Notes: a model not told the origin generated them from the sequence alone. A DNA stretch of 64,000 bases from Candidatus Giovannonibacteria bacterium (GCA_023266875.1 JAHFOJ010000002.1:3163-67162), one strand, 5' to 3'. Shown: positions 1-9,376, numbered from the stretch's first letter. Made by a program: numbers and translations.

Positions 1-847
1 TAAAATGAGGCCGCACGTATTTGAGGCAATCCTTCACGACATTATTCATGAATATGGTGACTTCTATAAAGAACTTTTGGAAAAAAATGGAGCTATCCGT
101 TCGGAATTTTCATCCGAGCGCGATAAATTTTCTAAAACGCTATCGCGCGGCCTTAAGGAAATGGATAAGGTTGACATTATTGACGCAAAATATGCCTTAG
201 GCATTTCGACAACACATGGATTGCCCTACGAAATTATAAGAGAAATGGGCGGGGAGAAAGCAAGGGGTTTAAAGAAAGAAGACTTTGATCGTGAGTTTAA
301 AAAACATCAAGAGATTTCGCGAGCCGGAGTTGAAAAAAAATTTGGGGGGCATGGGCTTCTTTTGGATACGGGGGAACTCAAAGCTAAAAACGAGGAAGAG
401 CTTAAAAAAGTAACTCGGCTCCACACAGCCACGCATCTATTGAACGCAGCAATGCATAAGATTCTTGGAGACAGCATAGAACAGCGCGGCTCCGACATAA
501 CAGTTGAACGAACTCGTTTTGATTTTCTTTTTCCGAGAAAACTGACCGCAGACGAGATAAAAAAAATCGAAGAACTGGTAAATTATGTTATTCTTAAAAA
601 TTTTCCGGTTTCTTCTAAAGAGATGCTTCTAGAAGAAGCAAAAAAATCCGGCGCTCTTTTTTTCTCGAAAGGCCGTTATCCCGACAAAGTCAGGGTGTAT
701 ACTGTAGGTATGGGCGAAAAGATATTCTCCCGCGAATTATGCGGCGGGCCTCACGTTTCAAACACGGGGACGATAGGGCATTTTAGAATAATTAAAGAGG
801 AGGCTTCTTCGGCTGGCATCAGAAGGATTCGCGCGATTATAGAATAA
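1..847 (+). CDS. alaS: Alanyl-tRNA synthetase, C-terminal part (5'-partial)
   Basis: Editing-domain motifs HTATH and ELCGGPH, ending GIRRIRA; frame open at the window edge. Confidence 0.95.
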   Translation, partial: KMRPHVFEAILHDIIHEYGDFYKELLEKNGAIRSEFSSERDKFSKTLSRGLKEMDKVDIIDAKYALGISTTHGLPYEIIREMGGEKARGLKKEDFDREFKKHQEISRAGVEKKFGGHGLLLDTGELKAKNEEELKKVTRLHTATHLLNAAMHKILGDSIEQRGSDITVERTRFDFLFPRKLTADEIKKIEELVNYVILKNFPVSSKEMLLEEAKKSGALFFSKGRYPDKVRVYTVGMGEKIFSRELCGGPHVSNTGTIGHFRIIKEEASSAGIRRIRAIIE

Positions 848-866
848 TTTGAAATAAAAGAATTTA

Positions 867-2045
867 ATGAACTTATTCGATAAAAAAAATAAAAGACATA
901 TTGTAATGTTCGATATCAGAACTTCGTCGATAGGAGCATTCGCGTTTAAAAAAGAAAGCGGCAAGTTGCCGGAAGTACTTGCTTTCTCAAAAATACCACT
1001 CCGACTCCTTGATGCCCCGGGATCATCGTCAATGGAAAATTCTGTTCTGAAAACCTTTGAAGACACCTCTAAAGCCCTGACATCCAGCTTTAAAGATGTC
1101 ATTCCTGATATGATTTTTGTTGTTCTATCTTCTCCTTGGTTTCAATCACAAACTCGTTCAGTAAAAATATCGCGAGAATCACCATTCATAGTAACCCAAA
1201 AATTTCTAGACGATATAATTCGGGACGAAACTGATCTTTTTATAAAACGCTCGGAAGAAACTTTCTCGAGCCGCGCAGATCAGCTTGAAGTTCTGGAATG
1301 TGCTATCATGAAAATAACTTTAAATGGATATAGAGTTACCGAGCCGATCAAAAAAAACGCGCGGGAGATGACTATGTCGCTATATTTAAGCGCGTCAAGG
1401 CGCGAGTTTATCGAATTAATTCGCGAATCTCTGATTCACAATTTTGGTCCTGTGAAAATAGAATTGAAGTCCGAACCGCTGGCTCTCTTCCAAATCTTAA
1501 AAGATATGATTGACTGCGAAGAAGGATTTTTGACGATAGATGTCGGAGGGGAAATGACCGAGGTTTCTCTTGTGCGAAACTGCGTCATAGAAGGAGTTGG
1601 AACATTTAACAAGGGAGGGAATTTTATTATCAGGAGGGTGGCTTCGTCCCTTTCAACTGGGCTTGAAGAAGCGCTGTCTTTTATAAAATCAAAAAGCCGC
1701 GGCGATCTGAAAGAAGATATTGACCAGAAAATTTCAAAAATACTCGAAATAGCCGGAAATGAATGGCGGGACGGGTTAGTCGAGGCGCTTAAAATTATCG
1801 GCAAATCAAATACGCTTCCGCAAAATCTTGTGTTGACCGGAGGAGCCTCGGGCATAGAAATGCTTAAACAAAAAAGCCAGTCCGCGGAGCTCACCCCACT
1901 CACAATTTTAGGAAAACCATTTAATGTTATTGTCTTTATGCCGCAAGATTTAGAATCTAGAATAAATCCTGGGGCGCTCGACAAAAAAGATACGCAGTTG
2001 ACACTTCCTTTATTATTGGCAACCGACCTAATCAAAAATGTCTAA
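867..2045 (+). CDS. FtsA/PilM-like actin-fold protein
   Basis: N-terminal FDIRTSSI phosphate-1-like motif, IDVGGEMTEV phosphate-2 motif, LVLTGGAS adenosine motif. Confidence 0.7.
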   Translation: MNLFDKKNKRHIVMFDIRTSSIGAFAFKKESGKLPEVLAFSKIPLRLLDAPGSSSMENSVLKTFEDTSKALTSSFKDVIPDMIFVVLSSPWFQSQTRSVKISRESPFIVTQKFLDDIIRDETDLFIKRSEETFSSRADQLEVLECAIMKITLNGYRVTEPIKKNAREMTMSLYLSASRREFIELIRESLIHNFGPVKIELKSEPLALFQILKDMIDCEEGFLTIDVGGEMTEVSLVRNCVIEGVGTFNKGGNFIIRRVASSLSTGLEEALSFIKSKSRGDLKEDIDQKISKILEIAGNEWRDGLVEALKIIGKSNTLPQNLVLTGGASGIEMLKQKSQSAELTPLTILGKPFNVIVFMPQDLESRINPGALDKKDTQLTLPLLLATDLIKNV

Positions 2046-3495
2046 CTTAAATAAAAACCAATTAAATACTTCGACCGGGCGGCCACGAATAAGCGACGTT
2101 GTGCCCAAAAGAGCTCCATCCTCAAATGTCCGCGGCCTCGAGGAACAAAAGAAAATTTTGGGAATAGACGAGCGCGAATCAAAGCGCCAAACTGAAAAAG
2201 ATGCCGGAATCAAAATATCGAGATCAAAAACAAAATCAGCGCAAAAAATTTCAGGATCTCCGGTTACTTCAGGTTTTTTTGCAGAATTTAACCCAAAAAG
2301 AACTGTAAGCGAACCAGTTCGAGAAAAAACATCTATTATTTCGCGTATCCCTTGGGCTAGTTTTTTAAGTTCCAAAAAATACTTATACGCCGGCGGAGGA
2401 GTTATTGTAATCTTTGTTGGAGGAATTATCATACTAAATTCCGCATCCAATGTTAAAGTGGTAATTACGCCGCGCCAGATGGACATGAACATCGAGCAGA
2501 CAATCCGCGCCTCTGGGGCAAAGACTGGTGACGTCGCTCTAGATTTAATCAATTTTGAAGATTCTGGAACCGGATCGAGCGAAACAATTTCTGTCGCCAA
2601 AGCCGAGACAAAATCCTCCGGTCGAGTTGTTGTATATAACGCTTTCGACACTAATCCCCAACAACTGATCGCAAGCACGCGCTTGGAAGCGCCGAACGCA
2701 AAAATATATCGCATTCCGAGCGCTATAACTGTTCCCGGAGCCAAGATTGAAAACGGGAAAATAGTTCCGCAGGGCATCGAAATAGAAGTGGTGGCCGATA
2801 GAGCAGGAGCTGAATATAATCTAGGCCTATCCGATTTTACAATCCCTGGATTTAAGGGATCGCCAAAATATAATAAATTTTACGCGCGCTCAAAAACTGA
2901 AATTAGCGGTGGGCTTATTGGTTCCGGGAAAATTGTTACGCAAGATCAAATAAATCAATTGGTAGCCAAGGCCAAGCAAAACTTTATACAAAATTTTGAA
3001 GATAGGGCCGCTAAAGATCTGCCACAAGGGACATATTTGCCCGAAGGGGCTTCAAGCGTGGAAACAAGCGTGGAAAATATAGACCCGCCGATTGGCTCTA
3101 AGGCTGATAGCGTTAACATAAAAATTAAAGGGAAATTTACGGGACTCGCGCTCAAAAAGAGCGAACTTTTCCAATTTCTCGCCAAAATATACGCTAAGCC
3201 CGATCCCGGAGACGAAATAAGCATCTCGAATTGGGAAAGTCTAGGCGTGGAGTTAATTTCAAAGAGCATAAGCGATAAAACTTTAGTCTTAAAAGTCAAA
3301 GGCAAGGCTCACTTTGTTTGGGAATTTTCCGATGATTTATTGATCTCCGATCTTATTTCATCGCGAGCCAACCGCAAAGAAGCATTCAGTAAATATAAAG
3401 CGATAACAAGAGCAGAAATTATTTTCAGCCCGCCTTGGTGGCGAATTTTCCCGGAAGATAAAGAAAAAATTAAAATTGAAAGAGTAATTGATTAA
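2038..3495 (+). CDS. Single-TM protein with baseplate J/gp47-like extracytoplasmic domain (CPR-type)
   Basis: Disordered basic N-terminus, one TM segment, then SGRVVVYN...TRL...ITVPGA...VVADRAGAEYN pattern typical of this family; overlaps the upstream gene. Confidence 0.6.
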   Translation: MSNLNKNQLNTSTGRPRISDVVPKRAPSSNVRGLEEQKKILGIDERESKRQTEKDAGIKISRSKTKSAQKISGSPVTSGFFAEFNPKRTVSEPVREKTSIISRIPWASFLSSKKYLYAGGGVIVIFVGGIIILNSASNVKVVITPRQMDMNIEQTIRASGAKTGDVALDLINFEDSGTGSSETISVAKAETKSSGRVVVYNAFDTNPQQLIASTRLEAPNAKIYRIPSAITVPGAKIENGKIVPQGIEIEVVADRAGAEYNLGLSDFTIPGFKGSPKYNKFYARSKTEISGGLIGSGKIVTQDQINQLVAKAKQNFIQNFEDRAAKDLPQGTYLPEGASSVETSVENIDPPIGSKADSVNIKIKGKFTGLALKKSELFQFLAKIYAKPDPGDEISISNWESLGVELISKSISDKTLVLKVKGKAHFVWEFSDDLLISDLISSRANRKEAFSKYKAITRAEIIFSPPWWRIFPEDKEKIKIERVID

Positions 3496-3509
3496 TACTG
3501 TACGACCCC

Positions 3510-3538
3510 TTGACGACATAATATCAATTGAATACAAT
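3510..3538 (+). promoter_or_regulatory. Sigma70 promoter for infA operon
   Basis: TTGACG (3510-3515), 17 bp spacer, TACAAT (3533-3538). Confidence 0.7.
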
Positions 3539-3579
3539 GTAATAACTGCCCGCCTGAGCGGACGGTTTTTTACTGGTAA

Positions 3580-3801
3580 ATGCCTGAAAATAAGGATAAA
3601 ATCATACGTCAGGGCAAAATAATAGAAGCCCTACCCAACGCAACTTTCCGAATCCTACTTGATGACGATAACCGTCCAATTCTGGGACATCTGGCGGGAA
3701 AGATGCGCCTTTTTTACATCAGGGTGCTGATAGGTGATAAAGTTAAGGTAGAATTATCGCCATATGACGAGACAAAAGGAAGAATTGTCCAACGGCTTTA
3801 A
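3580..3801 (+). CDS. infA: Translation initiation factor IF-1
   Basis: [30 protein letters not shown]. Confidence 0.97.
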   Translation: MPENKDKIIRQGKIIEALPNATFRILLDDDNRPILGHLAGKMRLFYIRVLIGDKVKVELSPYDETKGRIVQRL

Positions 3802-3818
3802 ATAGCGATTTTTTTATT

Positions 3819-3932
3819 ATGAAAGTTCGATCTTCTGTCAAAAAAATTTGTACTTCCTGTAAAGTCGTGCGCCGAAAGAGACGCCTTTACGTGATTTGCA
3901 AAAATCCGAAGCATAAACAAAGGCAGGGATGA
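3819..3932 (+). CDS. rpmJ: 50S ribosomal protein L36 (not in ORF track)
   Basis: Hand translation [37 protein letters not shown]; zinc-ribbon type. Confidence 0.97.
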   Translation: MKVRSSVKKICTSCKVVRRKRRLYVICKNPKHKQRQG

Positions 3933-3933
3933 G

Positions 3934-4048
3934 CCCCGTTAGAAATCGCGGATGATTAAGTAATGATATATCATGGAAAAATTAGTTTTTATTAATAATA
4001 ATTTAAAGCGTATGGCGCATTTTGCGTCTCCGTCCTATTTCTAACGAG
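3934..4048. repeat. ~115 bp inverted-repeat-bounded element, copy 1 (rpmJ-rpsM junction)
   Basis: Ends CCCCGTTAGAAAT...ATTTCTAACGAG; GATGAG directly repeated at 3928-3933 and 4048-4053. Confidence 0.8.
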
Positions 4049-4432
4049 ATGAGAATTGCGGGCACAAACATACCGGATAATAAACGCCTCGAAGTGGCGT
4101 TAACATACATTTATGGCATTGGCCCATTTTCCGCATTAAAAGCTTTGGGCACTTCAAAAGTTTCTCCGGATAAGCGCGCCAGAGATATCACACCAGATGA
4201 GATCAACCGCTTGCGCGACGTACTCGAAAAACAATTTAAGATAGAGGGAGAACTTCGCCGAGAAATGATGATGAATATCAAGCGTTTGCGCGACATCGGG
4301 TCATATCGCGGCATGCGGCATTCAAGAGGCCTTCCTACGAGAGGACAGAGAACCAAAACCAATTCCCGCACGCGAAGAGGCAATGTTCGAAAAACTATGG
4401 GATCAGGTAAACGCAAGCTGGATAAAAAATAA
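4049..4432 (+). CDS. rpsM: 30S ribosomal protein S13
   Basis: MRIAGTNIP...LTYIYGIG...[12 protein letters not shown]; start moved to ATG 4049. Confidence 0.97.
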   Translation: MRIAGTNIPDNKRLEVALTYIYGIGPFSALKALGTSKVSPDKRARDITPDEINRLRDVLEKQFKIEGELRREMMMNIKRLRDIGSYRGMRHSRGLPTRGQRTKTNSRTRRGNVRKTMGSGKRKLDKK

Positions 4433-4553
4433 TCCCGTTAGAAATCGCGGACGAATAAAATAATAATTATGATATTTATGAAGCAATCGAAATTTATAAA
4501 AACTAATTTAGTACGTAAGGCGTATTTTGCGTCTGCGTTCTATTTCTAATGGG
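4433..4553. repeat. ~120 bp inverted-repeat-bounded element, copy 2 (rpsM-rpsK junction)
   Basis: TCCCGTTAGAAATCGCGGA...ATTTTGCGTCTGCGTTCTATTTCTAATGGG; both ends homologous to copy 1. Confidence 0.8.
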
Positions 4554-4979
4554 GTGGGCAAAAAACGCATAATACAAAAAGGTGGGACAGATGATATCCG
4601 CGCTCGGGCGCTGGCGAAACTCCCGAAGAAAAAACTTTCTTTCGGCATTTTAAACGTTCTTTCGACATACAATAATACTATTATTTCTCTCGCTGATGAA
4701 GCTGGAAACACGATCATATCTTCGTCTTCTGGGGCGATGGGCTTTTCTGGGGCGCGAAAGGGCACTCCATACGCCGCATCAAAAGTGGCAGAGGTTTTGG
4801 CGGAACGAGCGAAACTTATGGGGGTTAAAGATATTGGAATTAAAGTAAAGGGGATAGGCGCCGGCAGGGAATCTGCCATTCGTTCTTTCGCGGCTCATGG
4901 CTTTAACATTCAATTTATTAGAGACATCACGCCGATCCCGCATAACGGACCTAAACCGGAGAAACCGAGGAGAGTCTAA
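4554..4979 (+). CDS. rpsK: 30S ribosomal protein S11
   Basis: STYNNTI, GARKGTPYAA, GAGRESAIR, DITPIPHNG; probable GTG start at 4554 (MGKKR). Confidence 0.95.
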   Translation: MGKKRIIQKGGTDDIRARALAKLPKKKLSFGILNVLSTYNNTIISLADEAGNTIISSSSGAMGFSGARKGTPYAASKVAEVLAERAKLMGVKDIGIKVKGIGAGRESAIRSFAAHGFNIQFIRDITPIPHNGPKPEKPRRV

Positions 4980-4980
4980 T

Positions 4981-5595
4981 ATGGCGCGAATTCCATGTAA
5001 AATCTGCAGGCGTCTTGGTGTCTCAATTTGTGGACGCGAAAAATGCGCGATGAGGCGCAAACCCTACCCGCCCGGAGAACATGGGAGAGGATCACGCCAT
5101 TCACGCCGTTCTTCTTCAGAATTCGGCGCCCAGCTTAGGGAAAAACAAAAGTTGAAATTTCTTTATGGTCTTCGCGAAACACAATTTAGGAATTATGTCG
5201 TGGAAGCCTCGCAAAGAACAGGGAGCACATCAGAAATTTTATACCAGTTATTGGAATCCAGATTAGATAACGTTGTCTATCGGCTTGGATTTGCTTTTTC
5301 GAGAGCGCGCGCGAGGCAAATTGTGACTCACGGCCATATCTGGGTAAACGGCAGAAGCGTAAACATTCCGTCTTTCAGAACACGCAAAGGAGACATAATT
5401 TCCATTAGGCCCCAAAGCGCCGGCAAAGGGCTATTTAAAGATTTAGATATCCAATTAAAAAAATATAACGCCCCAGCGTGGATTGAATTAGACCGCGAAA
5501 AACGCGAAGGCAAAGTTCTTGGAGCCTCGGCGATAGAGCTCGAAGGCGCACTCGAATTAAACGTGAACGCGATCGTCGAATTCTATTCGCGATAA
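4981..5595 (+). CDS. rpsD: 30S ribosomal protein S4
   Basis: CKICRR, PPGEHG, QLREKQKLK, LESRLDNVVYRLGF, IVEFYSR; ATG 4981. Confidence 0.97.
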   Translation: MARIPCKICRRLGVSICGREKCAMRRKPYPPGEHGRGSRHSRRSSSEFGAQLREKQKLKFLYGLRETQFRNYVVEASQRTGSTSEILYQLLESRLDNVVYRLGFAFSRARARQIVTHGHIWVNGRSVNIPSFRTRKGDIISIRPQSAGKGLFKDLDIQLKKYNAPAWIELDREKREGKVLGASAIELEGALELNVNAIVEFYSR

Positions 5596-5625
5596 TTTAT
5601 TATTAGTTTAATTAACGATTGAGTT

Positions 5626-6591
5626 ATGATTTACGATATTATTAAGCCTTTAAAACCGCGAATCGTTTCAGAAGATGATACGAAAGCTGTTTTTGAAATT
5701 GATTCGCTGCATCCAGGATATGGCCACACAATAGGCAACAGCCTAAGGCGAGTGCTTTTATCATCGCTTCCGGGTGCGGCTATTACGTCCGTAAAAATAT
5801 CAGGCGTGCCGCATGAATTTACAACCATACCAAACATAAAAGAGGACATCATTAACTTAATCTTGAATTTAAAACAGGTTCGCTTTGAATTGTATTCCGA
5901 TGGACCATTGACCGGAAAACTTTTAGCATCCGGAATAAAAAAAGTAACAGCAAAAGATTTTGAATTGCCTACGCAAGTTTCCATCATAAATAAAGACCAA
6001 CTAATTGCGACTTTAAACTCAAAGGACGCCACTTTAAATCTTGAAATCACGGTGGAAAAAGGTCTGGGATATGTACCGCGCGAAGTTCTAGAAAAAGACA
6101 AAGTTGGCGTCGGCATACTTACGCTTGATGCGATTTTCACCCCGGTCAGGCGGGTAAACTATGAAGTCGAAAACATGCGTGTTGGAGATAGAACCGACTA
6201 TAACCGCCTGCGCTTAATAATTGAAACCGATGGCTCCATCACTCCAAGAAACGCGCTTAAGAAAAGCATAGAAATATTGATGAGTCAGCTGGGAGCTTTG
6301 ACGTCATTTGACGATGAAATAACGACGACGAGCCGCGAAGAAGTATCGGTAGCCGACGAGGAGGCTCCCAGCGTTGAAACGGAAACTTCAGACCCCCTAA
6401 AAATCAGAATTGACGACCTTAGACTCTCGAGCCGCACTTTTAACGCGCTCTCAAACGCTGGGATTCGGACAGTCGGAGGGATTGTTAAAAAAAGCCGCGA
6501 AGAACTTCTTGGGCTCGCCGGTGTTGGCGAAAAAGCGGTCACAGAGATAGAAGATTCTCTTCACGCCCTCAATTTAGAATTAAAAGTATAA
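5626..6591 (+). CDS. rpoA: RNA polymerase alpha subunit
   Basis: GYGHTIGNSLRRVLLSS, DAIFTPVRRVNY, alpha-CTD LSSRTFNAL. Confidence 0.98.
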   Translation: MIYDIIKPLKPRIVSEDDTKAVFEIDSLHPGYGHTIGNSLRRVLLSSLPGAAITSVKISGVPHEFTTIPNIKEDIINLILNLKQVRFELYSDGPLTGKLLASGIKKVTAKDFELPTQVSIINKDQLIATLNSKDATLNLEITVEKGLGYVPREVLEKDKVGVGILTLDAIFTPVRRVNYEVENMRVGDRTDYNRLRLIIETDGSITPRNALKKSIEILMSQLGALTSFDDEITTTSREEVSVADEEAPSVETETSDPLKIRIDDLRLSSRTFNALSNAGIRTVGGIVKKSREELLGLAGVGEKAVTEIEDSLHALNLELKV

Positions 6592-6592
6592 G

Positions 6593-6943
6593 ATGAGGCA
6601 TAATAAAACCGGAAGAAAATTTGGAAGAGTAAGAAAAGTCAGGCGCGCTCTCATAAAATCGCTCCTGCGTTCTTTGATTATCAAAGAAAAGATCCGCACG
6701 ACCGAACCGAAGGCAAAAGAAATTCGCCCAAGAATCGAGAAACTTATATCAAAAGGAAAGTCCGGCAATCTTGACCAGCGCCGCCAAATAGCCTCTAGAA
6801 TAGACGTTGAAAGCGCAAATAAGATTGTAAATGTCTTGTCACCTCGATATAAAGAACGCAACGGAGGATATACCAGAATCACGAAACTGCCGCCGCGAAG
6901 ATCGGACAATACTAAAATGGCGCTAATAGAGTTTGTGAAGTAA
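6593..6943 (+). CDS. rplQ: 50S ribosomal protein L17
   Basis: MRH..GRKFGR, IRTTEPKAKE, RNGGYTRITK. Confidence 0.97.
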   Translation: MRHNKTGRKFGRVRKVRRALIKSLLRSLIIKEKIRTTEPKAKEIRPRIEKLISKGKSGNLDQRRQIASRIDVESANKIVNVLSPRYKERNGGYTRITKLPPRRSDNTKMALIEFVK

Positions 6944-6956
6944 ATTGGCTAAATTT

Positions 6957-7319
6957 ATGAGCACCAAACAAGATATACTAAATCAAATACTTCTGGATGT
7001 CAAAGGCAAATCACTCGGACGCGCTGCGTCTGCGGCCGCTATTTTGCTTCGCGGCAAAGGCAAATCCTCATTTGAGCCCCACATTCGCCCGACTCACAGC
7101 GTCGTAATTCAAAACGTGGGAGATCTTAAGATTTTCCCTGGAAAATTCAATACTAAAACCTATACGCGTTACTCCGGATATCCAAGCGGGCTTAGGACAA
7201 GCACCCTCGGCGATGTTTTTATGAAAAATCCGAAAGAAGTGTTCCGCCGCGCGGTATGGGGGATGCTGCCTAAAAACCGCTCTAGAAAATTCATAATAAA
7301 TAATTTGAAATTCGATTAA
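6957..7319 (+). CDS. rplM: 50S ribosomal protein L13
   Basis: LGRAAS..A.LLRGK, YSGYPSGL, AVWGMLPKN. Confidence 0.95.
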   Translation: MSTKQDILNQILLDVKGKSLGRAASAAAILLRGKGKSSFEPHIRPTHSVVIQNVGDLKIFPGKFNTKTYTRYSGYPSGLRTSTLGDVFMKNPKEVFRRAVWGMLPKNRSRKFIINNLKFD

Positions 7320-7320
7320 T

Positions 7321-7863
7321 ATGCCGCCAAAAAAGACAAAAACAAAGAAACCTGCTAAGCCCGCTGAATTGCCAAAGCGCCATGTAAAAAAATCGTCCGT
7401 TCCTCTGCCAGTAATCCCTAAAAAAATAGCCCCCCCAGTAAAACTCGAGGAAATTCCGCCTGCCGAATTAAATAAAGAATATATAGAAACAATCGGACGA
7501 AGGAAAACTTCCGTTGCTAGAGTTCGAATGAAAAATTCAGGATCGTTTAAGATTGTAATCAATAACCGAGCACTTGAAAATTATTTCCCAACTTTCGAAC
7601 TTCGCGATATTATTGAAGCTCCATTCAAAAAAGGGGGCGTTCCGCCGAAGTTTGATGTGTCGGTTAAGGTAAATGGTGGAGGAATTCACTCACAAGCCGA
7701 AGCAATCAGGCACGGCATCTCGCGCGCGCTTGAAGAACAAACTCCGGAACTTCGCAAAATCTTAAAACCTTTAGGATTCCTGAAGCGCGACCCGAGAATG
7801 AAAGAGCGCCGCAAATTCGGCTTGAAAAAGGCGCGCAAAGCTCCGCAGTGGGCGAAGCGGTAA
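7321..7863 (+). CDS. rpsI: 30S ribosomal protein S9 with Lys/Pro-rich N-terminal extension
   Basis: GRRKTSVARV, GGGIHSQAEAIRHGISRAL, KARKAPQWAKR. Confidence 0.97.
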   Translation: MPPKKTKTKKPAKPAELPKRHVKKSSVPLPVIPKKIAPPVKLEEIPPAELNKEYIETIGRRKTSVARVRMKNSGSFKIVINNRALENYFPTFELRDIIEAPFKKGGVPPKFDVSVKVNGGGIHSQAEAIRHGISRALEEQTPELRKILKPLGFLKRDPRMKERRKFGLKKARKAPQWAKR

Positions 7864-7916
7864 ATATAAAAACTTCAAGAACGCTTTAATTAAGGCATTT
7901 TCTGGTGATTATAAAT

Positions 7917-7943
7917 TTAGCACTCTTGACATTAGACTGCTAA
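7917..7943 (+). promoter_or_regulatory. CIRCE operator with the -35 box in its spacer
   Basis: TTAGCACTC-TTGACATTA-GACTGCTAA (one mismatch to consensus); TTGACA 7926-7931, TATCAT 7950-7955. Confidence 0.93.
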
Positions 7944-7962
7944 TTGGGATATCATCAGATTA

Positions 7963-8691
7963 ATGGAACGCTTGGCCGAGCGCGAGGAAGAAATTTTGAA
8001 TTTTATATTGCGGGACTATATACGTTCCGCCCAACCGATTTCATCTTCTCGTATTTCGGATGCAGGGCGCGTTGAAGTCAGCCCGGCAACCATACGAAAT
8101 ACAATGCTCGAGCTGGATGAGAAAGGATTTCTTGAAAAACCTCACACCTCCGCCGGACGCGTCCCTACAGATAAAGCTTACCGCTATTTTGTGGATTTTC
8201 TGATGGAACCACGCTCTGCGAATCGCAGGGCTGAACAGACAATTAACGCCGCCGCAAAAAAAATCAGGCAGTCTCACGAATTGATGTTTGAAAATTTAAG
8301 CAAGGCAATTTCTTCCGAATTGAGATTATTTACAGGGATCGCTTCTTTTGGTGACGAGGCGAGAGTTTCTGGCTTTGGCCTCGGTGATGTTTTGGAAGAA
8401 CCCGAATTTTCTTCTCATGACCTATCGGTTGAGTTTGCGAAATTGGTTGATAATTTACACGAGGTTGCCGAAAGCTATTTTGATAAAACCTCGCTTGGGG
8501 CGCGCGCATTTATCGGCAATGAAAATCCGACGCGCGATGCCAAATCTTTCAGCTCGGTTGCGCTGAAGTTTAAAAATGATGAATTAGGCGAATGCGTTGT
8601 GTTCTCTCTCGGGCCGAAGCGGATGAATTATGAGCGCGCCTTTGCGCTTTTGGATTTTGCGGTTGAAGATTTAATGGAATCATTTGATTAA
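7963..8691 (+). CDS. hrcA: Heat-inducible transcription repressor HrcA (short form)
   Basis: SPATIRN, PHTSAGRVPTDKAYRYFVD, GPKRMNY; CIRCE upstream. Confidence 0.95.
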   Translation: MERLAEREEEILNFILRDYIRSAQPISSSRISDAGRVEVSPATIRNTMLELDEKGFLEKPHTSAGRVPTDKAYRYFVDFLMEPRSANRRAEQTINAAAKKIRQSHELMFENLSKAISSELRLFTGIASFGDEARVSGFGLGDVLEEPEFSSHDLSVEFAKLVDNLHEVAESYFDKTSLGARAFIGNENPTRDAKSFSSVALKFKNDELGECVVFSLGPKRMNYERAFALLDFAVEDLMESFD

Positions 8692-8692
8692 A

Positions 8693-9322
8693 ATGGATGA
8701 CGACTTAAAAGAAAAAGAAATAGAGGAAGAAACAATCGAGCCGGATGAGCCCGCCCAAAGCGATAGCATTGAGGCGGGCCCGCCTGACTACGAAGTTGTC
8801 GGCGGAGAAGATACAGCTGAAGAGGAGGGGCTTGGTGAGAAACTCAAGAAAGTACGGAAGGAATTGAAGGTTTGCCAAAAAGAGCGCGACGATTATCTCG
8901 CGGGCTGGCAAAGGGCAAAAGCCGATTTCATAAACGCGAGAAAAGATGAGGAAAAAATGCGCGACGAATCTTTTAAAATAATGAAAGAGCATATTTTAAA
9001 AGAATTTCTGGAGGTGGGAGATTCGCTTGAAATGGCGATCAGGGCCGCACCAACGGAAGGTTTGGAGAGGATATATGGTCAGTTTCTGGATTTATTGAAA
9101 CAGCACGGAGTTACGCCTTACGAATCAAGCGGAAAGAAATTCGACCCAATGATGCATGAGGCGATTGAGCGAGAAGAAACTGATGACGAATCCAAAGACG
9201 AGATGATATTGGAAGAATTAGCAAAAGGTTATAAGTTTAATGGGCGGGTCTTGAGACCCGCAAGAGTGAAGGTAGGAGTTCTTTCCGCCAAAGGCGGATC
9301 CGCCTCGGGCGGAAAAAAATAA
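8693..9322 (+). CDS. grpE: Nucleotide exchange factor GrpE
   Basis: RAKADFINARK, FDPMMHEA, KGYKFNGRVLRPARVKV. Confidence 0.96.
   Translation: MDDDLKEKEIEEETIEPDEPAQSDSIEAGPPDYEVVGGEDTAEEEGLGEKLKKVRKELKVCQKERDDYLAGWQRAKADFINARKDEEKMRDESFKIMKEHILKEFLEVGDSLEMAIRAAPTEGLERIYGQFLDLLKQHGVTPYESSGKKFDPMMHEAIEREETDDESKDEMILEELAKGYKFNGRVLRPARVKVGVLSAKGGSASGGKK
9282..9315. repeat. Double-hairpin REP-like palindrome within grpE 3' end
   Basis: TTTCCGCCAAAGGCGGATCCGCCTCGGGCGGAAA; two TCCGCC-N3-GGCGGA units encoding SAKGGSASGG. Confidence 0.7.
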
Positions 9323-9324
9323 AA

Positions 9325-9357
9325 TAAAAAACCGGGACGAGATTGTTCTCGTCCCGG
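9325..9357 (-). terminator. Intrinsic terminator for the antisense ORF 9377-9721
   Basis: CCGGGACGAGA-TTGT-TCTCGTCCCGG stem with an A-run on its left (U-tract on minus strand). Confidence 0.75.
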
Positions 9358-9376
9358 GCGATGAACGGAATTAATG

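Noticed and set aside
2038-3495. Prophage or contractile tail locus
   Set aside because: Single TM-anchored baseplate-J-like gene with no other phage or T6SS genes.
4022-4553. N-terminal extensions on S13 (MRLRPISNE) and S11 (MRLRSISNG) in the ORF track
   Set aside because: They are translations of the repeat element's right end; conserved starts are at 4049 and 4554.
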